Shown here: positions 50,198-63,129 of the stretch, in pieces
Position numbering within the stretch: position 1 is the stretch's first letter
Layout of the letters: each line of letters opens with the position of its first letter
DNA from: Octopus vulgaris
Taxonomy: Eukaryota
Assembly: GCA_951406725.2 (NCBI GenBank)
Contig: OX597826.1
Location: 14,012,001-14,076,000 of the forward strand
Length of the DNA: 64,000 bases
Direction of reading: 5' to 3'
The notes under the pieces: generated by a model
Told to the model about the DNA's origin: nothing
Databases searched by the model: none
The model's input: only the letters and a program-made list of their open reading frames with translations
Position numbers and translations under genes: made by a program

Positions 50198-50470
50198 CAA
50201 GCAAGAGCACTCGGAGAGTGCAAACCTCTGCCAAGGCAGCATCACTGTCATCTCAACGATTAGCTGGAGATGTTTTTTAAAATGAGAATATCTGAAATGA
50301 ACTTGACTGCTCTCACGAGAATACTAAAAGTGAACCCAACCACTTTTAAAAATGAAGTGAAAAAAAGTTTCATCCAAATCCATCCAGCAGTTCTTGAGAT
50401 ATCTTATCCATGGACAAACCAACATGACTGAAAATAATACCTCTGCCTTCGCTAAGATGGAGGCAATTAT
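50198..50470 (-). mobile_element. Helentron/DINE-1-like non-autonomous element (inverted copy of 590-910 family)
   Basis: gagcactcggagagtgcaaacctctgccaaggc ... aatacctctgccttcgctaagatgg. Confidence 0.55.
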
Positions 50471-50804
50471 TGTTCCAGGTCTTGCTTGTACACAATGCAA
50501 GTAATTATTTTACATACATTCACATACATTCATATACACAAACGTGTGTGTGTGTGTATGGGTATATATATGTGTAGATATGTGTATATATATGTATGTA
50601 CCTATATGTATGTATACATATCAGTATGTGTGTCTGTATGTATATATTTGTATGTGTGTCTATGTATATATTTGTATGTGTGTCTGTATGCATGTGTATT
50701 GGTATGTGTGTCTATATGTTTGTATATGCATGTATGTATCCATGTGTGTATATACATGCGTACATATATCTATGCATATAGTGTATACACGTACATATAT
50801 ATAT

Positions 50805-51112
50805 CACCGTGATCACCATGACTGACCAGGCTATCAGATGTTGCTACACATCGCTGGTCACAATGTGCTTCGCATTGCTTTAGCCTTCAAATGATGCCAC
50901 CCCACTGGCTAAGCGAGCAGGCCAACAGAAGAAAGAGTGAGAGAAAGTTGTGGCAAAAGAGTACAGCAGGGATCACCACCACACCCTGCTGGAGCCTCGT
51001 GGAGTTTTAGGTCTTTTTGCTCAATAAACACTCACAGTGCCTGGTCTGGGAATAGAAATTGCGATCCTACGACTGCAAGTCCGCTGCCCTAAACACTGGA
51101 CCATTGCGCATC

Positions 51113-51114
<2 letters not shown>
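50805..51114 (-). mobile_element. tRNA-derived SINE (family C)
   Basis: Matches 2568-2868. Confidence 0.8.
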
Positions 51115-51167
<53 letters not shown>

Positions 51168-51199
51168 CTTGGAAGTCCCTCAGTTTCATGAATGATGCT

Positions 51200-51590
51200 A
51201 TGTTTTCAATTTGGTGCCAGATGCAGTTGGTAGACATGTTGATGTGGAGGCCAAAAGCTGAATGGCAGAGGTTTCCAAAGGTCAAACAAGGAAACAATGA
51301 GTTGGACGTCTGAGGTGATTGAGCAGCAGCCACAGCGTACCTTGCTCAGTGGTCCTCAAGCCATTGACAGCAACTTGTTTGACAGGTTTCACACATTTGA
51401 CGGTTGACGGTCTGCCACATGTGTCAATCCACAGCAAGAGTTTCTAGATCTATAGGAGGAGTGTTGCGTTTCTGCAAGAGGACACCAACTTGACCTCTGT
51501 GTCTCTTCCTCTGTCCTCCGATGGATCACTGTCCTTTGGTCAGTTCCCGATAGAAAACAATGCAGGTAAGACAAGTGGGGCATCCTGATG
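51200..51590 (-). mobile_element. Old RTE/BovB-like LINE 3' end
   Basis: Minus strand reads ELTKGQ.SIGGQRKRH...LETLAVD..W...FPCLTFGNLCHSAFGLH (degenerate C-terminal zinc knuckle). Confidence 0.6.
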
Positions 51591-51727
51591 GGGAGGTAAA
51601 TAAAGTTTGTTACAACACAGCCACACCTGCACCTATGTATGTGTGTGTGTGTGTGTATGGGTGTATATATGTATGCATGTATATATGTGTATATATATGT
51701 GTACATATTACATGTACATGTATATAT

Positions 51728-51939
51728 ACTCTCTTTACTCTTTTGCTTGTTTCAGTCATTTGACTGCGGCCATGCTGGAGCACTGCCTTTAATCGAGCAA
51801 CTCGACCCCGGGACTTATTCTTTTGTAAGCCCAGTACTTATTCTATTGGTCTCTTTTACCGAACCGCTAAGTAACGGGGACATAAACACACCAGCATCGG
51901 TTGTCAAGCAATGCTAGGGGGACAAACACAGACACACAA

Positions 51940-51984
<45 letters not shown>

Positions 51985-52149
51985 CGACGGGCTTCTTTCA
52001 GTTTCTGTCTACCAAATCCACTCACAAGGTTTTGGTCGGACCGAGGCTATAGTAGAAGACACTTGCCCGAGGTGCCACGCAGTGGGACTGAACCTGGAAC
52101 CATGTAGTTGGTTAGCAAGCTACTTACCACACAGCCACTCCTGCACCTA
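51728..52149 (-). mobile_element. SINE family A
   Basis: Full-length reverse-complement match. Confidence 0.9.
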
Positions 52150-52339
52150 TTATATACATCTACACATACACTTGTACACATATACATCTATATCTATAGA
52201 AATACATCTATACATATACAGCTATACATACACATGTATACATATACATCTATACATCTCTATATATAAACATTTGTGCAGATGTATACATATATTTTTA
52301 TATATATATATACACATAATATATATGTATGTATATATG

Positions 52340-52654
52340 TATGCCTGTATATATGTGAGGTAATAGTTTTACTTTAATAGTTTCAGTAATAAAGTGAAAA
52401 TATCTGACATTACAATAGAGAGATGTTATTGTTTCACTTTTGACATGTAATATTGAAATTGTGGAGATGATATTGCTATGGGCTTGCACTAGGCAAGAAA
52501 TAAAAAGTTTTTTGGCCTCTGACACTACATGGACCCTAAGTAAGGCATGTGTAAAATTTGAATGAAATTGGTTGTGTAGTTCTCAAGTTTTAGGGTTTCA
52601 GACAGGCACACAGACAGACAGACACACACACAGTCTCATCTTTATATATATAGA
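52340..52654 (-). mobile_element. Probable non-autonomous Helitron 5' end
   Basis: Minus strand begins TCTATATATATAAAG followed by (gtct)n, typical of Helitron-N elements. Confidence 0.4.
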
Positions 52655-52861
52655 TATATACACATATGTATACATATATATTTACATATGTATACATATA
52701 TATATTCCCATATGTATACATATATATATTTACATATGTATACATATATATATTCACATATGTATACATATATATATTCACATATGTATACATATATATA
52801 TACATATGTGTACATATATTTATTCACATGTATACATATATATAATATATACACATCTAAA

Positions 52862-54370
52862 ACCTTCTGTCCCAGTCTGTTGTCCCAGTTTTCAAAAAGG
52901 GAAACAAGTCCCTTGCAGTGAACTACCGTCCGATCTCACTCACCTCTCATATCATCAAGGTATTTGAGAGGGTGGTGAGATCTCGAATAACCCAATTTCT
53001 GGAAAGCAACAGACGGCTGATCTCCAACCAACATGGGTTCCGTAATGGAAGGGACTGCCTAACGCAGCTCCTGCATCACTTTGATGACATTTTGAGAGCT
53101 TTGGGAGAGGGCTCCAACACCGATGTCATCTACCTTGATTTCAGTAAGGCCTTCGACAGGGTCGATCACAAGATCCTATTGAAAAAACTATCCAACATTG
53201 GTGTCTCTGGAAAGTTACTGAAATGGATCAAGTGTTTCCTGACAGACAGATCTCAACATGTTGTAGTTGAAGGGGTAAAATCAAGCCCAGCCAAAGTCAG
53301 TAGTGGCGTTCCGCAAGGCACTGTGCTGGGCCCACTTCTTTTCATCATTTACATTAATGACATTAATGACATCATCAAGCACAGCAACATAAAAATCTTT
53401 GCAGATGATTCCAAGCTACAGAAGGTCATAAATGAGGCGAGTTGACCGGACATGCCTTCAGTCAGATCTACTGGCTGTTATCCAATGGGCAGAAAAAAAC
53501 AATATGCTGCTGAACAAGGATAAATTTGAGTTAATCCACTTTGGAAAAGAGGATGCCCTGAAACTCCCATACTCCCTTCCTTCAGGTGAAACTCTCGCGG
53601 CGTCCAACAACATCAGAGACTTGGGATTAATTGTGGACAACAACATAAGCTGGGCCACTCATATAAACACCAAAGTTGACATGGCCCGCAGAATGTGTTC
53701 CTGGATTCTCAGAACTTTCCAGTCGAGAGATATCCACACCATTATCCTTCTCTTCTCCACTTTTGCCCGACCCCACCTTGAATACTGTTGTCCACTGTGG
53801 TCTCCCCACACAATACAAGGTATCATAAAAGTTGAAGCACCTCAAAGGGCAATCACAAAAAAGATAGATGGCATGACAGACCTCGACTATTGGGGTCGAC
53901 TAGAAAAGCTAAAACTTTATTCTCTCCAACGTCGTCATGAGCGCTACATCATCTGCATGATGTGGAAAATATTCCATCAGCATTGCCCAAATGATGTTGG
54001 CATCACCTTTAGGGTACATCCAAGGCTTGGGCCCCGTGCCATCCGCCCAAAACAAAAATCGCACTCTCATCTCATAACAACAATACAGCACAATTATTTC
54101 ACCTCAATTGGCCCCGCTCTCTTTAACATTACACCAAAACACATTAAAACAGAAACTGACCCTATAGGGTTCAAGAAGTCTTTGGACAGATTCCTTCAAG
54201 AAATCCTGGATAAACCCCCTACACCCGGATATGTCTCTGTAAACAATAACTCTCTACTTGAGTGGGCCATAGTGCCCAAATTCTGACTTGAAAGACTTCA
54301 CCAGGTGGTGCTATTAAGTTAGACATGGCCTGGGCCAATAATGGCCGAAACCTATCAAAGTATCAAAGTA
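52862..54370 (+). mobile_element. 5'-truncated CR1-clade LINE (RT domain, one frameshift near 53440) in PGK intron 2
   Basis: [46 protein letters not shown] and RPHLEY..WSP. Tail tatcaaagtatcaaagta. Confidence 0.93.
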
Positions 54371-54433
54371 TATATACACATGTATACGCATATACACATA
54401 TACATACACACACATATATATATATATATACGC

Positions 54434-54471
<38 letters not shown>

Positions 54472-55365
54472 CACACACATAGTTGGAATTTACGAAAAAA
54501 CAAAAGACGAAGACAGGTGTGTAAACAAGAAACAGGTGTATTAGTTTGATGTTTGGGAAGGTGAGAAAGTCTTTTACGGTTCAAGCCAGGTGCTTATTCT
54601 CTTGGTTTGTTTTGCTCAACTGCTAAGTTACAGAGACAATAAGCAAACAGTGGTTGTCAAGCAGTGGTGGGGACAAACAGACAGAAGCACACCAGCCACA
54701 TACAAGCACGTGTGTGTATGTGGAAGATAGAAAATGCTAAAATAATTTTATAAAGAACATTTCAGAGCTTCTTTCAGTTTCCATCTACCAAATCTACTCA
54801 CAAGGCTTGGGTCAACCCAAGGCTATAGTAGAAGACACTTGTCCAAGGTGCCACACAGTGGGACTGAACCCTAACCATGTGGTTGAGAAGCAAGTATCTT
54901 ACCATGTGTTGCCTGCACCTATTTGTATGTAATTCGATTTTATTATTGTCCATACAGACAGAAAATAGAGGGGACAGCACAATATGATCTGGGGGTCATA
55001 TATACAACGAATGAGTTGGTTAAAAATTTATAACATGATAACTTCGAATGGGGCACAAAAGACATTAACAAGCAATGAGAACAACATGAGGTTAAAAGAA
55101 GACAGATTTGTTCCGACCCCACGAGCCCTGCCCTTTTAACTGGAGAAGTGTCTGTTGGAGTGTACGTTCTAAAAGAGATGGAAGCATATTGCACGAGCGT
55201 TGGGCATGCAAGGAACCGTGTGAATAGACTGGTCAAAAAGAAAATATAAAAATGTACCAGCAGTAGATCGGGGCTTGTGGGGTCGGAGCATGACCTGATC
55301 ATCGCTTCATTTGTATTGTTTATTTCATTCGATTTTTATATACTGTATTAAATTTTAAAACCATA

Positions 55366-55828
55366 TTACTCTTTTACTCTTTTACTTATTTCAGTCATTT
55401 GACTGCGGCTATGCTGGAGCACCGCCTTTAGTCGAGCAAATCGACCCCGGGACTTATTCTTTGTAAGCCCAGTACTTATTCTATTGGTCTCTTTTGCCAA
55501 ACCGCTAAGTGAAGGGGACGTAAACATACCAGCATCGGTTGTCAAGCAATGCTAGGGGGACAAACACACACACACACACAAACACACACACATACACACA
55601 TATATATATATATACATACATACGACAGGCTTCTTTCAGTTTCCGTCTACCAAATCCACTCACCAGGCTTTGGTCGGCCCGGGGCTATAGCAGAAGACAC
55701 TTGCCTAAGATGCCACACAGTGGGACTGAACCCGGAACCATGTGGTTGGTTAGCAAGCTACTTACCACACAGCCACTCCTGCGCCTATGTGGCCACTCCT
55801 GCGCCTATGTAGCCACTCCTGCGCCTAT
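55366..55828 (-). mobile_element. SINE family A with triplicated 5' end
   Basis: Reverse-complement match, with gccactcctgcgcctatgt x3 at ~55772-55830. Confidence 0.9.
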
Positions 55829-56919
55829 GTTTATATTTTATATAAACTCATACCATTTCACTGATCCTATCAGTTGTTTTGTCCAATTCTATGTTTGGCC
55901 CCTAGTGGGTAATAAAGAAATTTCGACCCCTTGAATTTCCGTTATGATATGCTCACGCAGGTCCCTTCACTCCCAACATGCGTGCAACATGTGTCCATCG
56001 TTTTTGAAACACTGTGACAGACACCTTCTCTCCAGCCCCACCTTTCTTTTCAGGTGAGACGTAAAAACATTTACCAAGGGCGGGGGCCAATTTGTATGTA
56101 ATTCACGTATTTGTTTATAGAGACAGTCGTACATTCATAAGCTTGCGGCAGTAGTTTGCTTTACCCTGGCTTAAAGAATGTTTCAGAAAACAGGGTAACG
56201 GCCTTTGCCTTGAGGATTTTCTACAACCATTCATATATTTAGGTGCAAACTGTGCCCTTACACTAATCCTTGTAGATTTCTATTTCCACTGGTTCTTCTT
56301 TTGGAACCCTCTCAGACGTTTTACTATGTGTCATGTCTTGCACAAACACTTTCTTCATATTTGCTCATTTGCTTGAACTAATATAATAATAACTACATAT
56401 GAGACCAGTGCTTGGCATTCTTCGTTCAAATTTGTGAATATGTACCTCTGCAAGAAAACCTTTATTGTTGATAACGGTGGAATGGTATGAACAGCATTTT
56501 GCCAGAATAAATGGTTTGTAACATTTAGTTAATCTCCTTAAATGTTCTGAGTTCAAATCCTTCTGAAATCGAAGTTTCTTTTCATCTTTCTGAAGTCAAC
56601 AATGTATAATGGATTAAAACAGAACAGGAAGATATACATGGGATGGAAGAGTCGCTGAAGAGGTCACAGATGTGTGGCGGAAGATTTCCCGACAATGGGT
56701 TTAAGATAAAAAAAAAACAAAAATGTGTGAAGAATGAATATATAGTGCATGTGTTTATTTGGTAAGGAAAAAATAAAGAAAAGACCATCCTGAAATACCA
56801 CAATTTCTGTTCCCAACGCCACAGTTTCACATGAGGAATCTTGCAGAACAAAAACGTAAATGTATAATCGTTAATGTTAACATTCTTTTATTGTTGAATC
56901 TTTTATCTTTGAATTTTAG

Positions 56920-57072
56920 AATTGTTGCTGCTCTACCAACTATCCAGTATGCTCTGGAGAAAGGAGCCAAGTCTGTTGTGGCCATGAGTCATTTAGGGAG
57001 GCCAGATGGAAAACCCAATGAAAAATATTCCTTGAAATGTGTAGTTCCTGAACTTGAAAAACTTTTGGGAAA
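56920..57072 (+). CDS. PGK: Phosphoglycerate kinase exon 3 (153 nt)
   Basis: Acceptor attttag|, translation (R)[30 protein letters not shown]...LLG(K), donor |GTACGT. Confidence 0.95.
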
Positions 57073-57311
57073 GTACGTTTGTATTTTTACCTTTGTTTTT
57101 AACATTTTAAAAATAATTTGGTTATTTCTTTCATGATGATGATGATGATGATCATCATCATCATTATCTAATGTCTGTTTTCCATGCTGGCATGGGTTGA
57201 ACAGTTTGACAGCAACTGGCTAGGCAGAAGACTGCACCAGGCTTCACTGTCTGCTTAGGCAGGGTTTTTTACTGCATATAGATTTCGTCTTCATTGGATG
57301 ATGATCCTATT

Positions 57312-57527
57312 CATCATCATCATCATCATCATCGTTGTTTAACGTCCGTTCTCCATGCTAGCATGGGTTGGACGGTTCGACCGGGGTTCTGGGAAGCCAG
57401 AAGGCTGCACCAGGCTCCAGTCTAATCTGGCAATGTTTCTACAGCTGGATGCCCTTCCTAACGCCAACCACTCCGTGAGTGTAGTGGGTGCTTTTTACGT
57501 GCCACCCACTACACTCACGGAGTGGTT
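57312..57527 (-). mobile_element. RTE 3'-UTR fragment with fold-back 5' junction
   Basis: (cat)n tail and a 25-bp inverted duplication at its 5' end. Confidence 0.8.
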
Positions 57528-57864
57528 ATATTTGTCAAAGAAATGCATGATACTTATCTGTGATTTCTATTAGTCAAATATTGTTTATTGTTTACCTGTT
57601 AGCTATTTAATTCCAGTATATTACTAGTACTAACAGTTCTAGAAACTTCTGAATAATCAGTAAATTATTAGTAGAGTACTAGTGCCTGTGTTGGTTATAT
57701 ACACAAAGGATTTTTTACAGAAATTATTTTACTTGCTTCACTAAGCCTTACATTTAATAGTGAAATCTGTAACCTCTCTCATGGATCTTTGGAATTTATT
57801 CTTACTCTGTTGTGATGGAGAATTAAATTAGTAGATAACCAAAAGACAAATGACTGTAATCTTA

Positions 57865-58092
57865 TTAACCCTTTCGTTACCAACCCGGCTGAAACCGGCT
57901 CTGTCCCTGAGTACAAATGTCTTGTTTTCATAAGTTTTGAATTAAAATCTTTCACCAAACATTAGTCACAATTTATGTTCCTAACACTAGCTGAATGACA
58001 ACTAAGTTATTTTACCAAATTCTTTGTTATATTTAAAGTAATTGAAAGAAACACAGAGCATCTCAAAATAAATACAGTAACAAAAGGGTTAA
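57865..58092. mobile_element. piggyBac-like TTAA MITE (second family) in PGK intron 3
   Basis: ttaaccctttcgttac ... gtaacaaaagggttaa. Confidence 0.82.
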
Positions 58093-58438
58093 GCCAGGAA
58101 ATGGTCTTTGGTATAGAACGAACAATCAAAGTTGTTTCACTTCTGATACTTTTCTAAGCCAGCTACTTCTGACAGGTGTATTAGCATACCTCCACAGCAA
58201 TAATTTTTCAATAATTAATTAGTCTGCTGTTTATCGCATCTTCCCATATTCCTCTTTATGTAAACACGTTTCATGTTGCCTACACTACTTATATTATTAT
58301 TATTATGCTTCATGTTTATTATGTTTTATTATGTTTAAAAGTCTTGTTTCACCATTCTCGGAAATCCGGGGTGACTAATGCAGGGTACTGAAACTTATGG
58401 CTAATAGTTTAAATGGGAAATTGTATGTTATTTTACAG

Positions 58439-58583
58439 ATCTGTTACATTTCTTTCTGACTGTGTGGGTCCCGAAACGGAAGCTGCCTGTAGTGATCCTG
58501 AACCAGGTTCTGTTTTCCTTTTGGAAAACTTGCGTTTCCACTTAGAAGAAGAAGGTAAAGGAACTGATGATCATGGTCAAAAG
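58439..58583 (+). CDS. PGK: Phosphoglycerate kinase exon 4 (145 nt)
   Basis: Acceptor ttttacag|, translation [17 protein letters not shown]...[15 protein letters not shown]...QK, donor |GTAACT. Confidence 0.95.
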
Positions 58584-58656
58584 GTAACTCTCTCTTAGCA
58601 TTTGGTTTTCCCTTATCTTAGCTAAGATATCATTGTAGATGTTTTTCATTACAATA

Positions 58657-58924
58657 ATTCTATTGTGTCTGGGGAGAGTCATTTTCTTTTTGTGCCTTAT
58701 TATGTAACACACTCACCAGTAAAATTTCCACTAATTTCTTATTTTTATTTTTCTAAAATTTTCGTTGTGTCTTGCAACCTTTTCAATAGTTTTGGAAAGG
58801 TTGCAAGATGCAATGAAAATTTTTAGGAAAATAAGATTAAGAAATAAATGGAAATTTTACCGGTGAGTGTGTTACATAATAAGGCACAAAAAGAAAATGA
58901 CTCTCTCCCCAGACACAACAGAAT
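58657..58924. repeat. Long fold-back palindrome (~125-bp arms)
   Basis: ttgtgtctggggagagtcattttctttttgtgccttattatgtaacacactcacc and its reverse complement. Confidence 0.88.
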
Positions 58925-59656
58925 ATGCTTTAACACATGAACTCATAAAAAGAATCTCGCAAAAATGAAATATTACAATGTTATGCTTTTATGCTGATTT
59001 GAAAAATATGTTGGCATGTTTCTTGGAAGAGATAATAGCTTAATGAAATTATGATTGACATATCTCTGATTAGAGCAGATAAGTCTGCAGCTTTTTTTTT
59101 ACTCTTGGTCTATATATTTGACTCTTATTGTCCTGTACATTTAGTTGTAAATTGATAGAGTGGTGTGAGACAACTTTAAACTCTGACAAGTTTAATCTGT
59201 AAATTTAGTCTGGGAATGAAAAAAAAATGTGCTCTTTCAGGGCTATTCTAATAACAATATAAATACAGAAGTATCTTATAGATATGTTGACTGGAAACTT
59301 AATTTATTGCTGTAATAAATTTACGTGATAGCATTGTATTAAAGCAGTTATCTCTGTTCATGACCTTATCAATATTGGTGGACATACACATTGAAAGTAG
59401 GACATGAAAAATCTAGTTATTTTATATTCCTTGTGATTAAAGCTTATAAGGTTTCTATGAATTATGTAAATAGACTAATGCTATGTATGAAGTTCTGTTA
59501 GAAACAGAATTTAAAACTGTCTTTGGAATTACAAAGTGACACAGATGATATTGCATCGAGAGTCTAAATATAATGGACCTTGCTACATTGTATCACATTT
59601 GTTCAAAGTTACTGGGCTGAAAGTTATTGGGCAAGTGTGATGAATGAATGGATCTT

Positions 59657-60092
59657 TTAACCCTTTCATTACTGTATTTATTTTGAGATGCTCTGTGTTT
59701 CTTTCAATTACTTTAAACAGGTGCCAGCTCCGTCTGGCACCTGTGCGGGTGGCATGTAAAAAGCACCCACTACACTCGTGGAGTGGTTGGCGTTAGGAAG
59801 GGCATCCAGCCGTAGAAACACTGCCAGATCAGACTGGGCCTGATGCAGCCTTCTGGCTTCACAGACCCCAGTTGAACCGTCCAACCCATGCTAGCATGGA
59901 AAACGGATGCTAAATGATGATGATGATAACAAAGAATTTAGTAAATAACTTAGTTATCATTCAGCTGGTGTCAAGAACATAAATTGTGACTAAGGTTTGG
60001 TGGAAGATTTTAATTCCAAACTTATGAAAACAAGACATTTGTACTACAGAGCCAGAGCCGGTTTCAGCCGGGTTGGTAATGAAAGGTGGTAA
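59657..60092. mobile_element. Inverted copy of the 57865-58092 MITE with an RTE 3'-UTR insertion (59718-59927)
   Basis: Reverse-complement match on both sides of the insertion. Confidence 0.82.
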
Positions 60093-60551
60093 TGAAAGGT
60101 GGAAGATTATGAGCCTTGAGTTTGTTTCAAATATGTGTCCTTCTCTTAGAACTTGAAGGTGAATAAGTGGCACAAGGCTCATATCAAAGCTGAGCAAATG
60201 GTGTTAAGCTGCAAATCTAGACATAAACTATGGGCATAGTTATTGCTATGTTGTTAAGAATTTTGCTTTTACGTGGCTTTGGTGTTTGATCCAATGCATG
60301 ACACTTTGGTCTTCTATCATAGCTTCAGAGTTGATAACAGGTTTTCTGAGTGAGACTCAATCATTGGAAGCTGTGTGAAAGCATATTGGTTAAACTGCAT
60401 CTTTGGGTGGAATACTTAATTTGTCATTTGGTTAAACATTACCACGAATCCCCCCAGGCAAGCATTTATGATAACTTCTTTCCACCAGGTTCTGGAAGTC
60501 CTGAAAGGGATCATTGGTATTGCGCTTCCTCTGTCAAATAAAAATAAAAGT

Positions 60552-60838
60552 TGTGGAGGCACATGGCCTAGTGGTTAGAGCAATAGTGGACTCACGGTCG
60601 AGGGATTGCAGGTTCGAATCTCAAACTGGGCGATGTGTGTATTTATGAGCGAAACACCTAAGCTCCACGCGGCTCCAGCAGAAGGTAATGGCGAACTTCT
60701 GTTGATTCTTTCGCCACAACTTTCTCTCACTCTTGCCTCCTGCATCTTGCAGCTCACCTGCGACGGACCGGCGTCCCGTCCAAAGAAACCGGGAATCCGG
60801 CCCTTGTGAGCCAGGCATGGCTCAAGAAGGAACAAACA
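60552..60838 (+). mobile_element. tRNA-derived SINE in PGK intron 4
   Basis: Same family as 25762-26083, flanked by an aaaataaaagttg direct repeat. Confidence 0.8.
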
Positions 60839-61323
60839 AAAATAAAAGTTGCTTAAAAAAACTGATATCAATATATTTGGGAATGCTTAATTCCTGTAAA
60901 TGTAGTCAAACCTGCATAAAATAATTATGTTTGAAACAATTTGGAAAATGTGAATGGCAAACTAAAATGTGGAATGTAAAAGACCAGATGAAATATAGGC
61001 AGAAGTTGTGATAGATACCAGCACTTAATGTCTATTGATGTATCTCTTGAATGTGATATAGACCAGTCATTCTGGTATTGCAATTGCTTAGTTATTAAAG
61101 CAGTGCACTAAGGTGGAAAACCAGGAATTCAACCCATTCTACTAATATTGCACCTTCTTGAGCATTAGCATAATTAATCATTATTTAGTTGAAATTTTGA
61201 TGTGTTTGTAGCCTGAGAAAATTCTAGTCTGTATTTTGATTCTGAAGTTATTTTTATTTTGGTGCCTAATACTTGGTAGAAATGTATTTTGTCTTGTCAG
61301 TGAGCTTTTGATTATAATTTCAG

Positions 61324-61412
61324 ATCAAAGCAAAATCAGATGATGTTAAGAGGTTCCGTGAGTCATTGTCGAAACTAGGAGATGTTTATGTCAATGATGC
61401 CTTTGGTACGGC
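61324..61412 (+). CDS. PGK: Phosphoglycerate kinase exon 5 (truncated by assembly gap)
   Basis: Acceptor atttcag|, translation [30 protein letters not shown], then the N-run. Confidence 0.93.
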
Positions 61413-61512
61413 NNNNNNNNNNNNNNNNNNNNNNNNNNNNNNNNNNNNNNNNNNNNNNNNNNNNNNNNNNNNNNNNNNNNNNNNNNNNNNNNNNNNNNNN
61501 NNNNNNNNNNNN
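61413..61512. other. Assembly gap (100 N)
   Basis: Run of n characters. Confidence 0.99.
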
Positions 61513-63129
61513 TCTACGATTTGGTATTTTATACCAGTCACATCAGTGACTTGTATTGGATACTTTGTAAGGTCGATGGTCGCTTCATTTGTGTAATGGA
61601 TCCATGAGCACACCTAAGCAGCTACTCGCCCCACATTCCAAATTTTAACTTTCGAAATCCTACCAACTGCCTGCTGAGAGGCTTCTGCTTCTAAAAGCCT
61701 ATAGAACAACCCTCACATCATCGGATGGCATTGGGTGACACCACAAGGAAATGACTATCAATAATTTTAGAGCAAAGATATGCATAGAAAATGCATTCTG
61801 TGAATAACAAATAGAAATCATATTTAATTTAATTTTTTTTTTTTTTACTTTAACAGTGAAAGTCGGTTTTTTTCTGCAGAACGTTATGGATGATCGAAAA
61901 GCAATGATATATTAACTGCTACTCGCTGAACCTTGTAGAATAAATGAAATAGTTGAATGCAACTGAATTTTAAAATAGGTAAGTAGGAGTTCAAATGGAA
62001 ATTGACTGTATCGTTTCGGAAATGTTAAATGTGAGACAAAGTCATGCCAACCGGACATCAGTCTGTTGCAAGCATTATTTTCAATAAAGCTGTTTAAAGC
62101 TTCCAGCAAACTTCAACTCATGACTACGTTTACCAAAGAAAAAATTGTTGCTGTTTTTCTTTAGTCGCAGGTGAGCTTCCGGCTTCCTCTTGCAGTAAAG
62201 AAACAAAAACAGTAAAGAAACAAAACACTCAGTATTACAACTATAAAACCATGGGGCTCTATCACATGTACTTTTTTTTATATGAAAACGTGTGTAGCAC
62301 ATTTTTCTGAAATGCGTGTGATTGTTTCTCTACGTATAAAACAGAAAGGTTGCATGATTTCAGAAAGGTCAACCTGCTATGTCTAACAGTTTTAATGGCC
62401 TGCTTACTACCAGTTATAGGATTTTTTTTATTCAATAACTTCACTCGTTCTTTCTTAGATATTTCTTTCTTGTGATAGGTAATATACAATCAGCCATTTC
62501 AGACACAGCGCACCTGACTCATAATTATTCCTACCAAAGAAAAGTGTCACAAAATGAGAGGGGGGGAGTGAGACGATACATCAACGTGAATGTTTATGAG
62601 CATGAATCAAGTTTCGCAGAACATTTGATCATATACACTCAGGGATGTGTTATATTTGTTTTTGCAATACATTGAAAATCTTGAGGCAAATGGAAAAGTG
62701 AAGTCATGATTTGTCTGAATGTATTCTGAAATTCAACAATAAAATACTAATTTAATTTATTCTTATGATAAACTTCAAATCTCAACAATGGTGCTTCTGA
62801 AGTTCGGTCATAGTTGAATTCATAGAATTATCCAGGTTTTTGTCTTGTCAGCATCCATTTATATCACACAATATGCCTAGCGTCTACATGTTTCTCTCTG
62901 CGTCCTTGGGTTTCACAAATTCAATTTATTATTCAAAGGGCAGTCGAGAATATATAAAATTTGTGAACTACATCTCTTAAATGACTTATAACATTTCAAG
63001 TACACTGCATTCAATAAAATTTTATTACGAGCAGAAGGTTGGAATTCACGTCAAATGTATGAATTGTACATTTGAGAAAAGTTTCTGATAATTCCATGCA
63101 TACTTGTTGAGTGGTGGTTTGGCACAGTC

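Noticed and set aside
55109-55290. 20-bp inverted repeat with TG..CA ends as a solo LTR
   Set aside because: No target-site duplication and no second copy to support it.
60552-60630. tRNA-like sequences (also at 25762, ~47700, 1626)
   Set aside because: SINE heads continuous with SINE bodies, tails and TSDs. They are not stand-alone tRNA genes.
61386-61613. Minus-strand ORF spanning the gap
   Set aside because: Its length is an artefact of N codons, and the peptide is not recognisable.
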